From: Candidatus Aegiribacteria sp.
Lineage (GTDB): Bacteria > Fermentibacterota > Fermentibacteria > Fermentibacterales > JCC-6
Assembly: GCA_046498225.1 (NCBI GenBank)
Contig: JAWOBF010000011.1
Coordinates: 1 to 26,888, forward strand
Direction of reading: 5' to 3'
Length of the DNA stretch: 26,888 nucleotides
Of the stretch, positions 9,646 to 18,596 are shown piece after piece. The notes under the pieces are model-generated. The model did not search any database and was not told where the DNA came from. It saw only the letters and a list, made by a program, of their open reading frames with translations. The position numbers and the translations under genes were made by a program. How positions within the stretch are numbered: the first letter of the stretch is position 1; every line of letters starts with the position of its first letter.

Positions 9646-11049
9646 TCAGGCGCCTCCCGGAAGGGAGTCCTCAGCCGCGGGCACCGGCAGGCCTTCGCCG
9701 GCCATTCTGCTCCATGCCCTCTCCATAACCGGCAGCTGCAGTGTGAACAGCTCCAGATCATCGTCCTCCAGAGGATTGGCGGGGGGAAGTATTTCCGTGG
9801 CCGGGTTGACGTAGCTGCCGCTCTTCTTCATCTCGAAATGCAGGTGCGGACCGGTGGAAAGACCGGTGCTGCCCACGAAACCTATTATGTCCCCCTGTCT
9901 TACGTAGGATCCGACTTCCTGGCCGGACGCGTAGCTGCTCAGATGGCCGTAGGCTGTCTCGTAGCCGTTGGCGTGCCTTACACGGACCAGGTTGCCGTAC
10001 CCGCCGCTGTAGGACCTTACGGTGATGATACCGTCGCCCACCGCGTAGACCTCCGTACCCATGGGGGCGGCGTAGTCGATTCCCCTGTGGGCCCGGGTAT
10101 AACCCAGCACCGGATGCATCCGGGCGCTGGAATAGGGCGAGCTCACTCTTCCGAAGGGGACAGGCATCTTCAGGAACATGGTCCTCAGGGAAGCGCCGTC
10201 ACGGTGGTAGTGGTCCAGGATTATACCGGTGCCTCCGGGGGCGATGGAGTCCGGCCGGTGGAAGAACGGTACCGCCTCGGTCATGCCCCCCAGGGCGAAA
10301 TCGTACTTCGCGGCTATTATCCTTCGGAAGGAGGTTTCCCTGGAGCCGGGGTATCGGGTCTCCTCCAGGAGGACCCACACCCGATCACCCGGCTGCACGT
10401 CGTAATAGAAATCGATGTCGTAGACGAAAAGCCTGTTCGCCAGCTGGTCCTCGAAACTCTTGATGTACGATATCCTTCTTATGGAATCCCTTGCGGTGGT
10501 CACATGACCGGTGGGAGTGAGGTCGGAGGGAACTCCCGACCGGGCTATGCTCTCCCACACCGAACTGGTTACGGTAAGGGTCACGGACCTGAGCCTTCTG
10601 TAATGCTCGTCCGGAACCCAGCTCCATTCCGAAGGCTCGCCGGTATCGTGAAAGGATATGCTGAAATGACCCCTGCGGCTCCTTGGCCTTCCCCTTACCT
10701 CCGCGAGCACATTCCTTGCGTAGACGGCCTCCAGCGTATCCCCCACCCGGACCGAGGTCCAGCCCAGGCTGTCAATGAGGATGTCGCAGCAATCCAGGTA
10801 CCGCGAGCCCTCTATTCCGGTCTGGTAGAGCAGCCCGCGCAGGGTTCCCCCCTCCCCTACGCTGGCCGTCCTTATCTCGATGGTGTCGGCAAGCACCGCG
10901 TTGAGGGAATCGCTTAGCCGGGACAGCTTCTCCAGCTGCCCGTAGAACCGCCATTGGCCGCCGGTAGAGGTGACATGGGGCTGACGGAACAGGAAGGTGG
11001 CTCCCATGGCCAGAAGGAACAGAACTATGAGGATTATCCTTGATCGCAT
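9646..11049 (-). CDS. M23-family peptidoglycan endopeptidase (MepM/Csd3-like) with N-terminal membrane/signal segment
   Basis: Zinc motifs HRGID and HLHFE, plus GYGNLV.VRH..YETAYGHL and VGSTGLSTGPHLH; DIDF...QPGD central domain. Confidence 0.92.
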   Translation of the reverse strand: MRSRIILIVLFLLAMGATFLFRQPHVTSTGGQWRFYGQLEKLSRLSDSLNAVLADTIEIRTASVGEGGTLRGLLYQTGIEGSRYLDCCDILIDSLGWTSVRVGDTLEAVYARNVLAEVRGRPRSRRGHFSISFHDTGEPSEWSWVPDEHYRRLRSVTLTVTSSVWESIARSGVPSDLTPTGHVTTARDSIRRISYIKSFEDQLANRLFVYDIDFYYDVQPGDRVWVLLEETRYPGSRETSFRRIIAAKYDFALGGMTEAVPFFHRPDSIAPGGTGIILDHYHRDGASLRTMFLKMPVPFGRVSSPYSSARMHPVLGYTRAHRGIDYAAPMGTEVYAVGDGIITVRSYSGGYGNLVRVRHANGYETAYGHLSSYASGQEVGSYVRQGDIIGFVGSTGLSTGPHLHFEMKKSGSYVNPATEILPPANPLEDDDLELFTLQLPVMERAWSRMAGEGLPVPAAEDSLPGGA

Positions 11050-11062
11050 ACGGCTGTTCCGG

Positions 11063-12259
11063 TCAGTCCCTGCCGAGGACCCTCGACAGCCATGACCGAA
11101 GCCTGGACATGGGTTTTGCCCCGGTTTTTCCGTCCGGGCGCTCAGGGGAGGTGAGCGAGTCCACCAGTGACTGCAGGTCCACGTTGGCCTTCACCGTACG
11201 CACTATCTCCGATATCTTCACCGACTCTCCCGGCTCCACCTTGAATACCCTTCTGTTCAGCAGGGACATGGTGGCTCCGGCGCTCCCGGCCGTCCTGTAT
11301 AGAGGTATTCCCAGCCTGCCGCAGCCCTCAGCCAGCTGGGCATTCTCCTCCGGCGGGCCTCCGCAGAGGACCAGCGCGCCGGGCCCGTGTGAGAGACCGC
11401 CGGACAGCCTTCTGGCAAGTATGGCGTCCAGGACCTCCTCCCTGCCGGGACTGAGAAGCAGTGCGCTCCGGGGTTTTCGCGATACGTCCTCCAGTATCTC
11501 CCGGGTGGAGCCGAAACCGGCTATGAAACCCTCAACCGCCTGAACGTCGTCATCTTCCCCGTTCTCGGGAATCCGAAAACCCAGTTCCCGGCCCAGCATT
11601 CCGATGGACGGTTCCGTCAGGGAGTTCACGTAGGGTATGTAGCCGAATACCGGCACTCCACGTTCCGCGAACCATGGGTCGAGGTACTTCCTGACCTTGT
11701 CCACCTTTCCCTCCAGGACCCTGTTTATAATGACGCCGAGAATAGGGATGCCCTTTTCCCGGAAGAGGCTGCTGCACAGGGTGAACCTGTCGATGGTCCG
11801 ACCTATGCCCCCGTCCAGGACCAGCAGTACCGGAATGTTCAGCAGACCGGCCACACTTGCGTTGCACAGATCGAAAACGGAACCAACTCCGGGGTGTCCC
11901 GTACCCTCCACGACCACCAGGTCCGATCGGGACCTGAGGTACCTGAAGGCCTTGCTTATCCTGTTCCTGAGATCGGAGGGGCTGCCTTCGGTCAGGTACT
12001 GCTGGGCCATTCCGGAAGACATGGTGAAGGGAGCGGTGTATTCAAGGGGCATATCGAGCCCCAGGGAGCTGTTCACCAGGAAAGTGTCCTCCCCCACCGA
12101 CTCGCCGTCGTTCAGCAAGGTCTTCTGCCCCAGCGGCTTCATGAAGGATACACTGAGGGAAAGGCTCTCCTCCAGCCAGGATATGAGTCCCAGGCTGAAG
12201 GTGGTCTTTCCCGCGTTCATATCGCTGCCGGCTATGAATATGCCCTTATCATCCATCAT
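11063..12259 (-). CDS. Stand-alone phosphotransacetylase N-terminal-like protein (BioD-like P-loop plus degenerate DRTGG domain)
   Basis: IFIAGSDMNAGKTT P-loop, FMKPLGQ, VVVEGTGHPGVGSVFDL.NA.VA, GGIGRTID and GVIINRV; no Pta catalytic domain. Confidence 0.82.
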   Translation of the reverse strand: MMDDKGIFIAGSDMNAGKTTFSLGLISWLEESLSLSVSFMKPLGQKTLLNDGESVGEDTFLVNSSLGLDMPLEYTAPFTMSSGMAQQYLTEGSPSDLRNRISKAFRYLRSRSDLVVVEGTGHPGVGSVFDLCNASVAGLLNIPVLLVLDGGIGRTIDRFTLCSSLFREKGIPILGVIINRVLEGKVDKVRKYLDPWFAERGVPVFGYIPYVNSLTEPSIGMLGRELGFRIPENGEDDDVQAVEGFIAGFGSTREILEDVSRKPRSALLLSPGREEVLDAILARRLSGGLSHGPGALVLCGGPPEENAQLAEGCGRLGIPLYRTAGSAGATMSLLNRRVFKVEPGESVKISEIVRTVKANVDLQSLVDSLTSPERPDGKTGAKPMSRLRSWLSRVLGRD

Positions 12260-12285
12260 GTTCCTGTTCCCGCCGGTGCGTAAGG

Positions 12286-12897
12286 CTAGTGAAACAGCCT
12301 GTCCCCGTAATCGCCGAGGCCGGGAAGAATGAACCAGCTGTCGTCCAGCTCCCTGTCCACCGATACGGTTATCAGGGTGAGATCATCGTATTCCCGCAGC
12401 CTGTATATACCTTCGGGGGCGGCGACCACGCTGACCAGAGTGATCCCGCGCGCCCCCTTCCCGATAACATAATCGATAACCGACCTGGCGGTTCCCGCCG
12501 TGGCCAGCATGGGATCGAGAATGATGACCTGCCTGTCGCGCAGTTCCGGTGCCGAATCGTAGAGCCAGGCGGGTTCTCCCGTCTCCTCGTCCCTTCGAAC
12601 GGCCACGAAAGCTACCGGCGAGTCCGGCAGAAGCTCCCGGAAAGGCTCCAGAAGTCCCAGACCCGCCCTGAGAACCGGCAGCAGCACAGGCAGTTCCGCG
12701 CACCTCTCTCCCAGGGTGGGTTCCATGGGGGTATCCACCTGCAGAGGCGTTGTGGCCAGGTTCCGGGTGGCCTCCACCGCCAGCATGAGACCGAGCCTGA
12801 AGGACAGCCTTCTGAAATGATCGGACCCGGTATTACGGTCGCGCATCATGGTCAGTATGCTCCTGGCCACGGGATGTTCGAACTCGATGGTTTCCAT
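12286..12897 (-). CDS. upp: Uracil phosphoribosyltransferase
   Basis: PVLRAGLG, RDEET, the PRPP-binding motif IILDPMLATAGT, and the C-terminal ILPGLGDYGDRLF. Confidence 0.96.
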   Translation of the reverse strand: METIEFEHPVARSILTMMRDRNTGSDHFRRLSFRLGLMLAVEATRNLATTPLQVDTPMEPTLGERCAELPVLLPVLRAGLGLLEPFRELLPDSPVAFVAVRRDEETGEPAWLYDSAPELRDRQVIILDPMLATAGTARSVIDYVIGKGARGITLVSVVAAPEGIYRLREYDDLTLITVSVDRELDDSWFILPGLGDYGDRLFH

Positions 12898-12970
12898 TAT
12901 TCTCTCCGGTGTTTATTATGTTCCCTGTTACGACAGAAGGGAACATAAGAACCTGGGAACTGTTCTGCCA
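12891..12970. promoter_or_regulatory. Divergent upp/tyrS promoter region containing an inverted repeat
   Basis: Plus strand TTTCCA(12891)-N17-TATTAT(12914). Minus strand TGGCAG(12970-12965)-N17-TATGTT(12947-12942). Inverted repeat TTATGTTCCCT...AGGGAACATAA at 12916-12948. Confidence 0.5.
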
Positions 12971-12998
12971 GTTGCAGCCGGCTGAAGGGAGCGTGGTT

Positions 12999-14234
12999 TT
13001 GGAGCTACTGAGAAAACTCAGCGAAAGAGGGCTGGTCTACCAGATGACAGCCGAGGAGAAGCTGTCCGAACTGCTGGACGGACCCCCTCTCAGTTTCTAC
13101 ATAGGTTTCGACGCCACCGCCCGCAGCCTTCATCTCGGCCACCTGGTGCCCCTGATGATAGCCCGTCATCTTCAGGATGGAGGGCACAGACCGATAATGG
13201 TCGTCGGAGGCGGTACCGCGCTGGTGGGAGACCCCTCGGGAAGAAGCTCCGAAAGAACATTCGAATCCAGGAGCGTCATCTCGGGCTGGGCCGATTCCAT
13301 CCGCCTTCAGCTGAAGGACTTCCTGGATTCCGGCCCGTCCTCGGAAGACGCCCTCCTGCTGGACAACTACGAATGGCTATCGAAACTCAACCATATAGAT
13401 TTCCTCAGGGAGGTCGGCCGCCATTTCAGCGTGAACAGGATGCTGGCGGCTGAATCGGTAAAGCTCAGGCTGGAGACCGGCCTCTCCTTCCTGGAGTTCA
13501 GCTACAGCCTTCTTCAGGCCTACGACTTCCTTCATCTCCACCGTGAGTACGGCTGCGTGCTCCAGATAGGCGGGTCCGACCAGTGGGGCAACATCGTGGC
13601 CGGCATAGACCTGGTCAGGCGGTGCGACGGCGGGGAGACCTGGGGCTTCACCTGCCCGCTGGTAACCACCGCCTCGGGAGAGAAAATGAGCAAGACCCAG
13701 GCCGGAGGAGCGGTATGGCTGGACCCGGAGCTCACAAGCCCCTACGATTACTACCAGTTCTGGATAAACGTGGACGACAAGGACGCCGTCTACTTCCTGA
13801 AGCTCTACACCTTCGTTCCCCTGGACGAGATAGAGGAGCTGTCCCGCCTTCAGGGGGCGGAAATGAGAACGGTGAAGGAAAAACTGGCGCTGGAGGCTAC
13901 GGCCATCGCCCATGGAATGGATGAGGCCCTGAAGGCCCGGAAAGCCTCCAGGGCACTGTTCGGGGGGAAGGGGACGCAGGATGAGGTCCCCGGCCTGGAG
14001 ATATCCCGTTCCAGGATGCGCGAGGGAATAACCTGGCTGGACCTCTTCGTGGAGACCGGGCTCTGCGGCAGCAGGAGCGACGTCAGGAGACTGGCAAGCC
14101 AGGGCGGCCTGTACGTTGAGGGACGCAGGGTCGAGGACCCGGTGGAGGAGCTGGACCCGGCGGACACACCGGACAGCATTCTGCTGCGTGCCGGCAAGAA
14201 ACGTTATTACAAGGTGGAGTTCAGGGAAGAATAG
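12999..14234 (+). CDS. tyrS: Tyrosine--tRNA ligase
   Basis: YIGFDATARSLHLGH (HIGH motif), GGGTALVGDPSGR, LQAYDF, QIGGSDQWGNI, KMSKT, and a C-terminal S4-like domain ending LRAGKKRY. Start probably TTG 12999 with AAGGGAG 7 nt upstream (track start 12909). Confidence 0.97.
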   Translation: MELLRKLSERGLVYQMTAEEKLSELLDGPPLSFYIGFDATARSLHLGHLVPLMIARHLQDGGHRPIMVVGGGTALVGDPSGRSSERTFESRSVISGWADSIRLQLKDFLDSGPSSEDALLLDNYEWLSKLNHIDFLREVGRHFSVNRMLAAESVKLRLETGLSFLEFSYSLLQAYDFLHLHREYGCVLQIGGSDQWGNIVAGIDLVRRCDGGETWGFTCPLVTTASGEKMSKTQAGGAVWLDPELTSPYDYYQFWINVDDKDAVYFLKLYTFVPLDEIEELSRLQGAEMRTVKEKLALEATAIAHGMDEALKARKASRALFGGKGTQDEVPGLEISRSRMREGITWLDLFVETGLCGSRSDVRRLASQGGLYVEGRRVEDPVEELDPADTPDSILLRAGKKRYYKVEFREE

Positions 14235-14253
14235 AACGGCTCCCGGTACAGGA

Positions 14254-14284
14254 CGGCGGCGATGGTCGAAGCCCACCGCCGCCG
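14254..14284. terminator. GC-rich hairpin between convergent genes (possible bidirectional terminator)
   Basis: 8-bp stem CGGCGGCG(14254-61)/CGCCGCCG(14277-84) plus an inner TGG/CCA pair. U-tracts are weak. Confidence 0.4.
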
Positions 14285-14304
14285 GAGCGTTTCAGAGAAC
14301 CGAC

Positions 14305-14865
14305 CTACCTGCTTCCGGATGAACTCGTGGAAGAGCCGGTCGAGCCTCCCCTGGTGGAACCTGTTCCGGATGACGAGCCACTTCCCCTGGAGGAGCCGGA
14401 GGTAGTGCCGCTGTTCCTGAGGTTGGTGACCGTGTAGCTCAGGTTCTGGACGGTTTCCTTCAGCTCATCCAGTTCCGCCCTCAGAGAATCGTTCTCCATG
14501 CTGAGGCTGTCCACGGTCAGGGCCAGCTCCACCGCCGTGGTGTCCAGCCGGGATACGCTTTCGCTGATATCGGTCTTCATCACGTTAAGTGAATCCGTCA
14601 GACCGGCAATATCCTCCATGGAAAGTGTAGGGGGCTCCATAATCCGTTCTTCCCCCGTCTCTGTAACTCGCGCAGCTTCCGGCTCGCTGACCTGCCGGTC
14701 CAGGGTTTCCAGCCGTTCGGCCAGCTCATCTATCCTGTCCTCCAGTTCCCCGGTATCGAAATCCGCGGAAGACTCCAGGTCGTCCACTCTCTCTTCCAGC
14801 TCACCGACTCCGGGAACCGAGCATCCCGTCATCATTACCGCCGCCAGAACAAGTAAATATCTCAT
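14305..14865 (-). CDS. Coiled-coil lipoprotein with a Ser/Gly/Thr-rich C-terminal tail, function unknown
   Basis: ATG 14865 overlaps the amrA stop as ATGA. Lipoprotein signal MRYLLVLAAVMMTG-C, heptad-like segments (LEDRIDELAERLETLDRQV, LRAELDELKETVQNL) and tail SGTTSGSSRGSGSSSGTGSTRGGSTGSSTSSSGSR. Confidence 0.75.
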   Translation of the reverse strand: MRYLLVLAAVMMTGCSVPGVGELEERVDDLESSADFDTGELEDRIDELAERLETLDRQVSEPEAARVTETGEERIMEPPTLSMEDIAGLTDSLNVMKTDISESVSRLDTTAVELALTVDSLSMENDSLRAELDELKETVQNLSYTVTNLRNSGTTSGSSRGSGSSSGTGSTRGGSTGSSTSSSGSR

Positions 14866-15419
14866 CTGTCTACGGCTCCTTTCCTTTCTTCGCCGAACAC
14901 TTCCGCCGTGTATGTGTAAAGCTGAACGTCGTCCCTCTTCCAGCTGTCCGGAGGAAGGCCGGCCTTGAGACACGTGTGGGCCAGGAAAGTCTCCCGGTCC
15001 CATCCCTCCTCCTCCGCCACCTGCGGAAGAAGGGTGCCGGACCGGAAACCCTGCCTTACGTATAGCCCGTGGGTTCCGGGGACCACGTCCTCCGGCGCCG
15101 CCGGTTCCATGGGGCTCAGTATCGATATCTCCAGATCTATATCATCAACCTCTCCCGGCCTCACCGGCGGGAACCTCGGGTCCCTGACCGCGGCCGACGC
15201 GGCCATGTCAATCACCGTCCTGCCGATGGGCCCGGTACCTGTGAAATGGCCTATGCACCCCCTCAGCGCGCCGTTCTTCCTGAGGGTTACGAAGGCTCCT
15301 CCCTCCGCCGCGAAGACTTCACCTTCGGGTACAGGCGGGAGCGGCTCTCCCGCGGCGGCGGCCCTCACCGCTCTCCCTGCCAGCTCCAGCAGTGCTTTTC
15401 TGTCAGATTCGGATATCAA
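14862..15419 (-). CDS. amrA: AMMECR1-domain protein (AmmeMemoRadiSam system protein A)
   Basis: GAFVTL, LRGCIG, DPRFPPV, EISILSP, GTLLPQVA and CLKAGL. Confidence 0.93.
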   Translation of the reverse strand: MISESDRKALLELAGRAVRAAAAGEPLPPVPEGEVFAAEGGAFVTLRKNGALRGCIGHFTGTGPIGRTVIDMAASAAVRDPRFPPVRPGEVDDIDLEISILSPMEPAAPEDVVPGTHGLYVRQGFRSGTLLPQVAEEEGWDRETFLAHTCLKAGLPPDSWKRDDVQLYTYTAEVFGEERKGAVDR

Positions 15420-16234
15420 TTCCCGGACCCCTCCCTTCTGCAGCAGCCGGCGAAGTAGCCCACGACGGAACTGCTGTCGCCGCTGGCCTCGGCGGAGGTG
15501 CTCCAGGCTATCTTTTCAAAACCGGTATCGCCCCTGGCTTCCGCGTAGTGCATCAGGGTCAGGATGGGCCCTATGCCGCAGGCCTCTCCCCCCTGCGAAA
15601 CCGCCTTCTCCATTTTTTCGGTATCCCCGCTGAGGAATGCCTCTATTATTCTGCTGTCCTTCTCCCTGGCCACGGTCTGAGCATGGTAGTGGGAAAGGTC
15701 GCTGGAGGCGACCACCAGCGGCTTTTCGAATTCCTCCAGTATTCGGGCGAGCTGCCGGCCCAGTTCACCGGAGAACTCGGGTGAGGTGGAACCCTGAAGC
15801 ACCACCGCAATCTCCGCCTCGGGCCATCTCACCTGGACGAAGGGCACCTGCACCTCGGCTGAATGCTCGCCGGCATGTGCCCGGGGCTGAAAGCTCATTC
15901 CCGCATCGAGCAGAGCTGAAGTAATTCCCCGGCTTACCGGCGCGTCGCCCAGCGGTGTGGCGTAGGCCTCACCTTCGAATACCGAAGCGCCCTGCACCGG
16001 ATACCTGTGGGGCGGAGCCACGATGACCACGTTCCTGATCCCGTCCGGTGCCGTTGCGAAGGCGGCCCCGGCAACCGCGCCGGAATAGACGTAGCCGGCA
16101 TGAGGACTGACCAGACCTGTAACGGTATCATCCGGTGACCTTCCCGACCCCGAGATAAAGGAACTCACCATCCTCTCCAGGTCGTTCCCGTCGGACGGAT
16201 AGAACATTCCCGCTACTGCCGGTCTGCGGATCAT
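15416..16234 (-). CDS. amrB: MEMO1-family protein (AmmeMemoRadiSam system protein B)
   Basis: IRRPAVAGMFYP, VSPHAGYVYSG, EHSAEVQVPF, ASSDLSHY, ACGIGP and VVGY. Confidence 0.93.
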   Translation of the reverse strand: MIRRPAVAGMFYPSDGNDLERMVSSFISGSGRSPDDTVTGLVSPHAGYVYSGAVAGAAFATAPDGIRNVVIVAPPHRYPVQGASVFEGEAYATPLGDAPVSRGITSALLDAGMSFQPRAHAGEHSAEVQVPFVQVRWPEAEIAVVLQGSTSPEFSGELGRQLARILEEFEKPLVVASSDLSHYHAQTVAREKDSRIIEAFLSGDTEKMEKAVSQGGEACGIGPILTLMHYAEARGDTGFEKIAWSTSAEASGDSSSVVGYFAGCCRREGSGN

Positions 16235-16965
16235 ACTCCTCTCTCCTCCCCTTCCATCATGTCCTGCATAGAATAAAGTCCCGGTTCCCTGCCGCGCAGG
16301 AACTCCGCCGCCTTCAGCGCCCCCCGGACGAAGGTCATCCTGCCCGTGGCGATATGGGTCAGCGCGAGACGCTCCCCGGTGCCCAGCAGATGCAGCTGGT
16401 GCTCACCGGTCACGTCACCGCCCCGGAGGGAATGTATGCCGGTTTCATCCGGTTTTCTGGGACCCGCCGGCCCGGACCTGCCCATGGTCCTTCTTCCTCC
16501 CCCGCTGCACTCCTCCCAGATATCGACCAGGGTCAGGGCGGTGCCGCTGGGGCTGTCCACCTTGTTCCCGTGGTGTATCTCCACCAGTTCCAGCACGAAA
16601 TCCTGCGAAAGCATTTTTCCGGCGAGTTTCAGGAGCCTGCCCAGGGCGTATACTCCCACGCTCATGTTGGAGGAGGCGAAGACAGGTCTCTCTGAAGCCC
16701 ACTTTTTCAGCATGTCCCGGTGGGAAGGGCCGAGGCCTGTAGTGCCGGTCACCAGAGCGGCCCCGCTTCCGGAAAGCAGCCGGTCAAGGTCGTTCCAGGC
16801 GGAAGGCAGGGAGAAATCCAGCACCACTTCCACTTCCCCGGGAAGGGGCACCTCGGGAGAGGTTCCCGGGGGAACGATGTCGTAGCAGGCCGCCACCGAA
16901 TTCCCGGCCTCCTCCCTTACAAGCCTTCCCATCCTGCCCTCACTGCCGAAAACACAGAGCTTCAT
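16231..16965 (-). CDS. dapB: 4-hydroxy-tetrahydrodipicolinate reductase
   Basis: G..GRMG nucleotide-binding start, DFS.P, VTGTTG, catalytic EIHHGNKVDSPSGTAL and SLRGGDVTGEH. Confidence 0.95.
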   Translation of the reverse strand: MKLCVFGSEGRMGRLVREEAGNSVAACYDIVPPGTSPEVPLPGEVEVVLDFSLPSAWNDLDRLLSGSGAALVTGTTGLGPSHRDMLKKWASERPVFASSNMSVGVYALGRLLKLAGKMLSQDFVLELVEIHHGNKVDSPSGTALTLVDIWEECSGGGRRTMGRSGPAGPRKPDETGIHSLRGGDVTGEHQLHLLGTGERLALTHIATGRMTFVRGALKAAEFLRGREPGLYSMQDMMEGEERGV

Positions 16966-17831
16966 TCAAGCAGCCCCGCCCGTTTAAGGGTGTTCTCCAG
17001 CAGGGGCACCAGTTCCTCCGACATGCTGACAAGGGGCAGCCGCATCTCGTCGGTGGTGAATCCCATAAGGGACAGGGCTTTCTTCACCGGTATGGGGTTG
17101 GTCTCCAGGAACAGCGCCTTCATCACGGGATGGAGCCTGTCCTGGATGCTCCTGGCCTCCTCCAGTTCTCCCGATGAGGTGAGGGATACCAGTCTTGCCA
17201 TTTCCCCCGGAGCTATGTTGGATATCACTGATATCACTCCCGAGGCCCCCAGGGCTGCCTGCGCCATGGCTATGGGATCGTCCCCGCTGAGTATGGTGAT
17301 GTCGCATAGGCCCCTTATCTCGGTAACCCTCTCCGCCGACCCGGCGGCGTCCTTTATGGCCACTATCCGGGGATGCTCAGCCAGCCTGGCCACCGTCTCC
17401 GGAAGCATGTTGGTCCCCGTCCTTCCGGGGACGTTGTAGAGTATCACCGGGCAGTCCACCGCGTCTGCCACCCTGGTGAAGTGCTCTATCTGACCCCTTG
17501 GCGTGGGCTTGTTGTAGTAGGGGGTTATAAGGAGCACTCCGTCCACTCCCATCTCAGAAGCTTCCACGGAGAGCCGAACGGAGGAGGCGGTATCGTTCTT
17601 GCCGGTGCCGGCTATCACCGGCACTCTTCCACCCGCGGCTTCCAGTACCCCCTCTACCACTTCACGGTGCTCCCGCTCGGTGAGTGTGGCCGCCTCGCCG
17701 GTGCAACCGCAGGCGAGGAGGCCGTCTATGCCTTTCTCTATCTGACTGTCAACAAGCCTGGAGAGAGCCGGATGGTCCACCGCCCCGTCCCGGAAGGGGG
17801 TTACCAGGGCGGTTATCGCTCCTCCGAACAC
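16962..17831 (-). CDS. dapA: 4-hydroxy-tetrahydrodipicolinate synthase
   Basis: TALVTPF, GCTGEAATL, TPYYNKP, LYNVPGRTG, Schiff-base Lys in AIKDA, SGDD and ETNPIPVK; GTG start. Confidence 0.95.
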   Translation of the reverse strand: MFGGAITALVTPFRDGAVDHPALSRLVDSQIEKGIDGLLACGCTGEAATLTEREHREVVEGVLEAAGGRVPVIAGTGKNDTASSVRLSVEASEMGVDGVLLITPYYNKPTPRGQIEHFTRVADAVDCPVILYNVPGRTGTNMLPETVARLAEHPRIVAIKDAAGSAERVTEIRGLCDITILSGDDPIAMAQAALGASGVISVISNIAPGEMARLVSLTSSGELEEARSIQDRLHPVMKALFLETNPIPVKKALSLMGFTTDEMRLPLVSMSEELVPLLENTLKRAGLLE

Positions 17832-17837
17832 CGCAGG

Positions 17838-18596
17838 CTACCTGTGTCCGCCGTCGAGCTTGTGGATGAAGGGCTTCAGAAGCTCGAGCGGAAGCGGGAA
17901 TATGGTTGTGGAGTTGTTTTCCACGGCTATCTCGGAGAGCGTCTGCATGTATCGGAGCTGAAGGGCTACCGGGTGGGCGTCTATTATGTCCGCCGCGTCG
18001 GCCAGTTTCTGTGACGCCTGGAACTCCGCCTCGGCCCTTATTATCTTGCTCCTTCTGTCCCTCTCGGCCTCGGCCTGCTTGGCCATGACCCGCTGCATGT
18101 TCTCCGGAAGGTCCACGTGCTTCACTTCCACCGTACCCACCTTGATGCCCCAGGGGTCGGTCATTCTGTCCAGTATGCTCTGCAGCTTGGTGTTTATGTC
18201 TTCCCTCTGTGAAAGAAGCTCGTCCAGCGAGGATTCGCCCAGGACGCTCCTGAGGTTGGTCTGGGCCAGCTGGCTGGTGGCGTAGATGTAGTTTTCCACC
18301 TCCAGGACGGCCTTCTTCGGGTCCACCACCCTGAAGTAGACCACGGCGTTGACCCTCACGGAAACGTTGTCCAGTGTAATGACGTCCTGAGGCGGGACGT
18401 CCATGGCTACCACCCTCAGATCCACCCGCCTGATGGTGTCGATCATCGGCCAGACTATTACCAGTCCCGGTCCCTTCAGGCCTATTACCTTACCCAGCCT
18501 GAATACGACACCCCTCTGGTACTCCTTCAGGACCTTGAGCGCCGAAAGCAGGAAAATGAACAGTATTACCAGAACCACTATGATTCCCGGCCCCAT
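17838..18596 (-). CDS. Stomatin-like SPFH/band 7 (slipin) membrane protein
   Basis: N-terminal TM, then [53 protein letters not shown] and [10 protein letters not shown]. Confidence 0.95.
   Translation of the reverse strand: MGPGIIVVLVILFIFLLSALKVLKEYQRGVVFRLGKVIGLKGPGLVIVWPMIDTIRRVDLRVVAMDVPPQDVITLDNVSVRVNAVVYFRVVDPKKAVLEVENYIYATSQLAQTNLRSVLGESSLDELLSQREDINTKLQSILDRMTDPWGIKVGTVEVKHVDLPENMQRVMAKQAEAERDRRSKIIRAEAEFQASQKLADAADIIDAHPVALQLRYMQTLSEIAVENNSTTIFPLPLELLKPFIHKLDGGHR

Noticed and set aside
9646..11049. M23 protein as an EnvC-like FtsEX partner
   Set aside because: It keeps the catalytic HxxxD/HxH residues and lacks the long N-terminal coiled coil of EnvC; it is MepM/Csd3-like.
12898..12998. 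T-box riboswitch upstream of tyrS
   Set aside because: Only about 100 bp are available, shared with the divergent upp gene, and there is no AGGGTGGNACCGCG T-box sequence or terminator.
14305..14410. Tandem DNA repeat or CRISPR-like array
   Set aside because: This is low-complexity Ser/Gly coding sequence with no fixed repeat unit or spacers.
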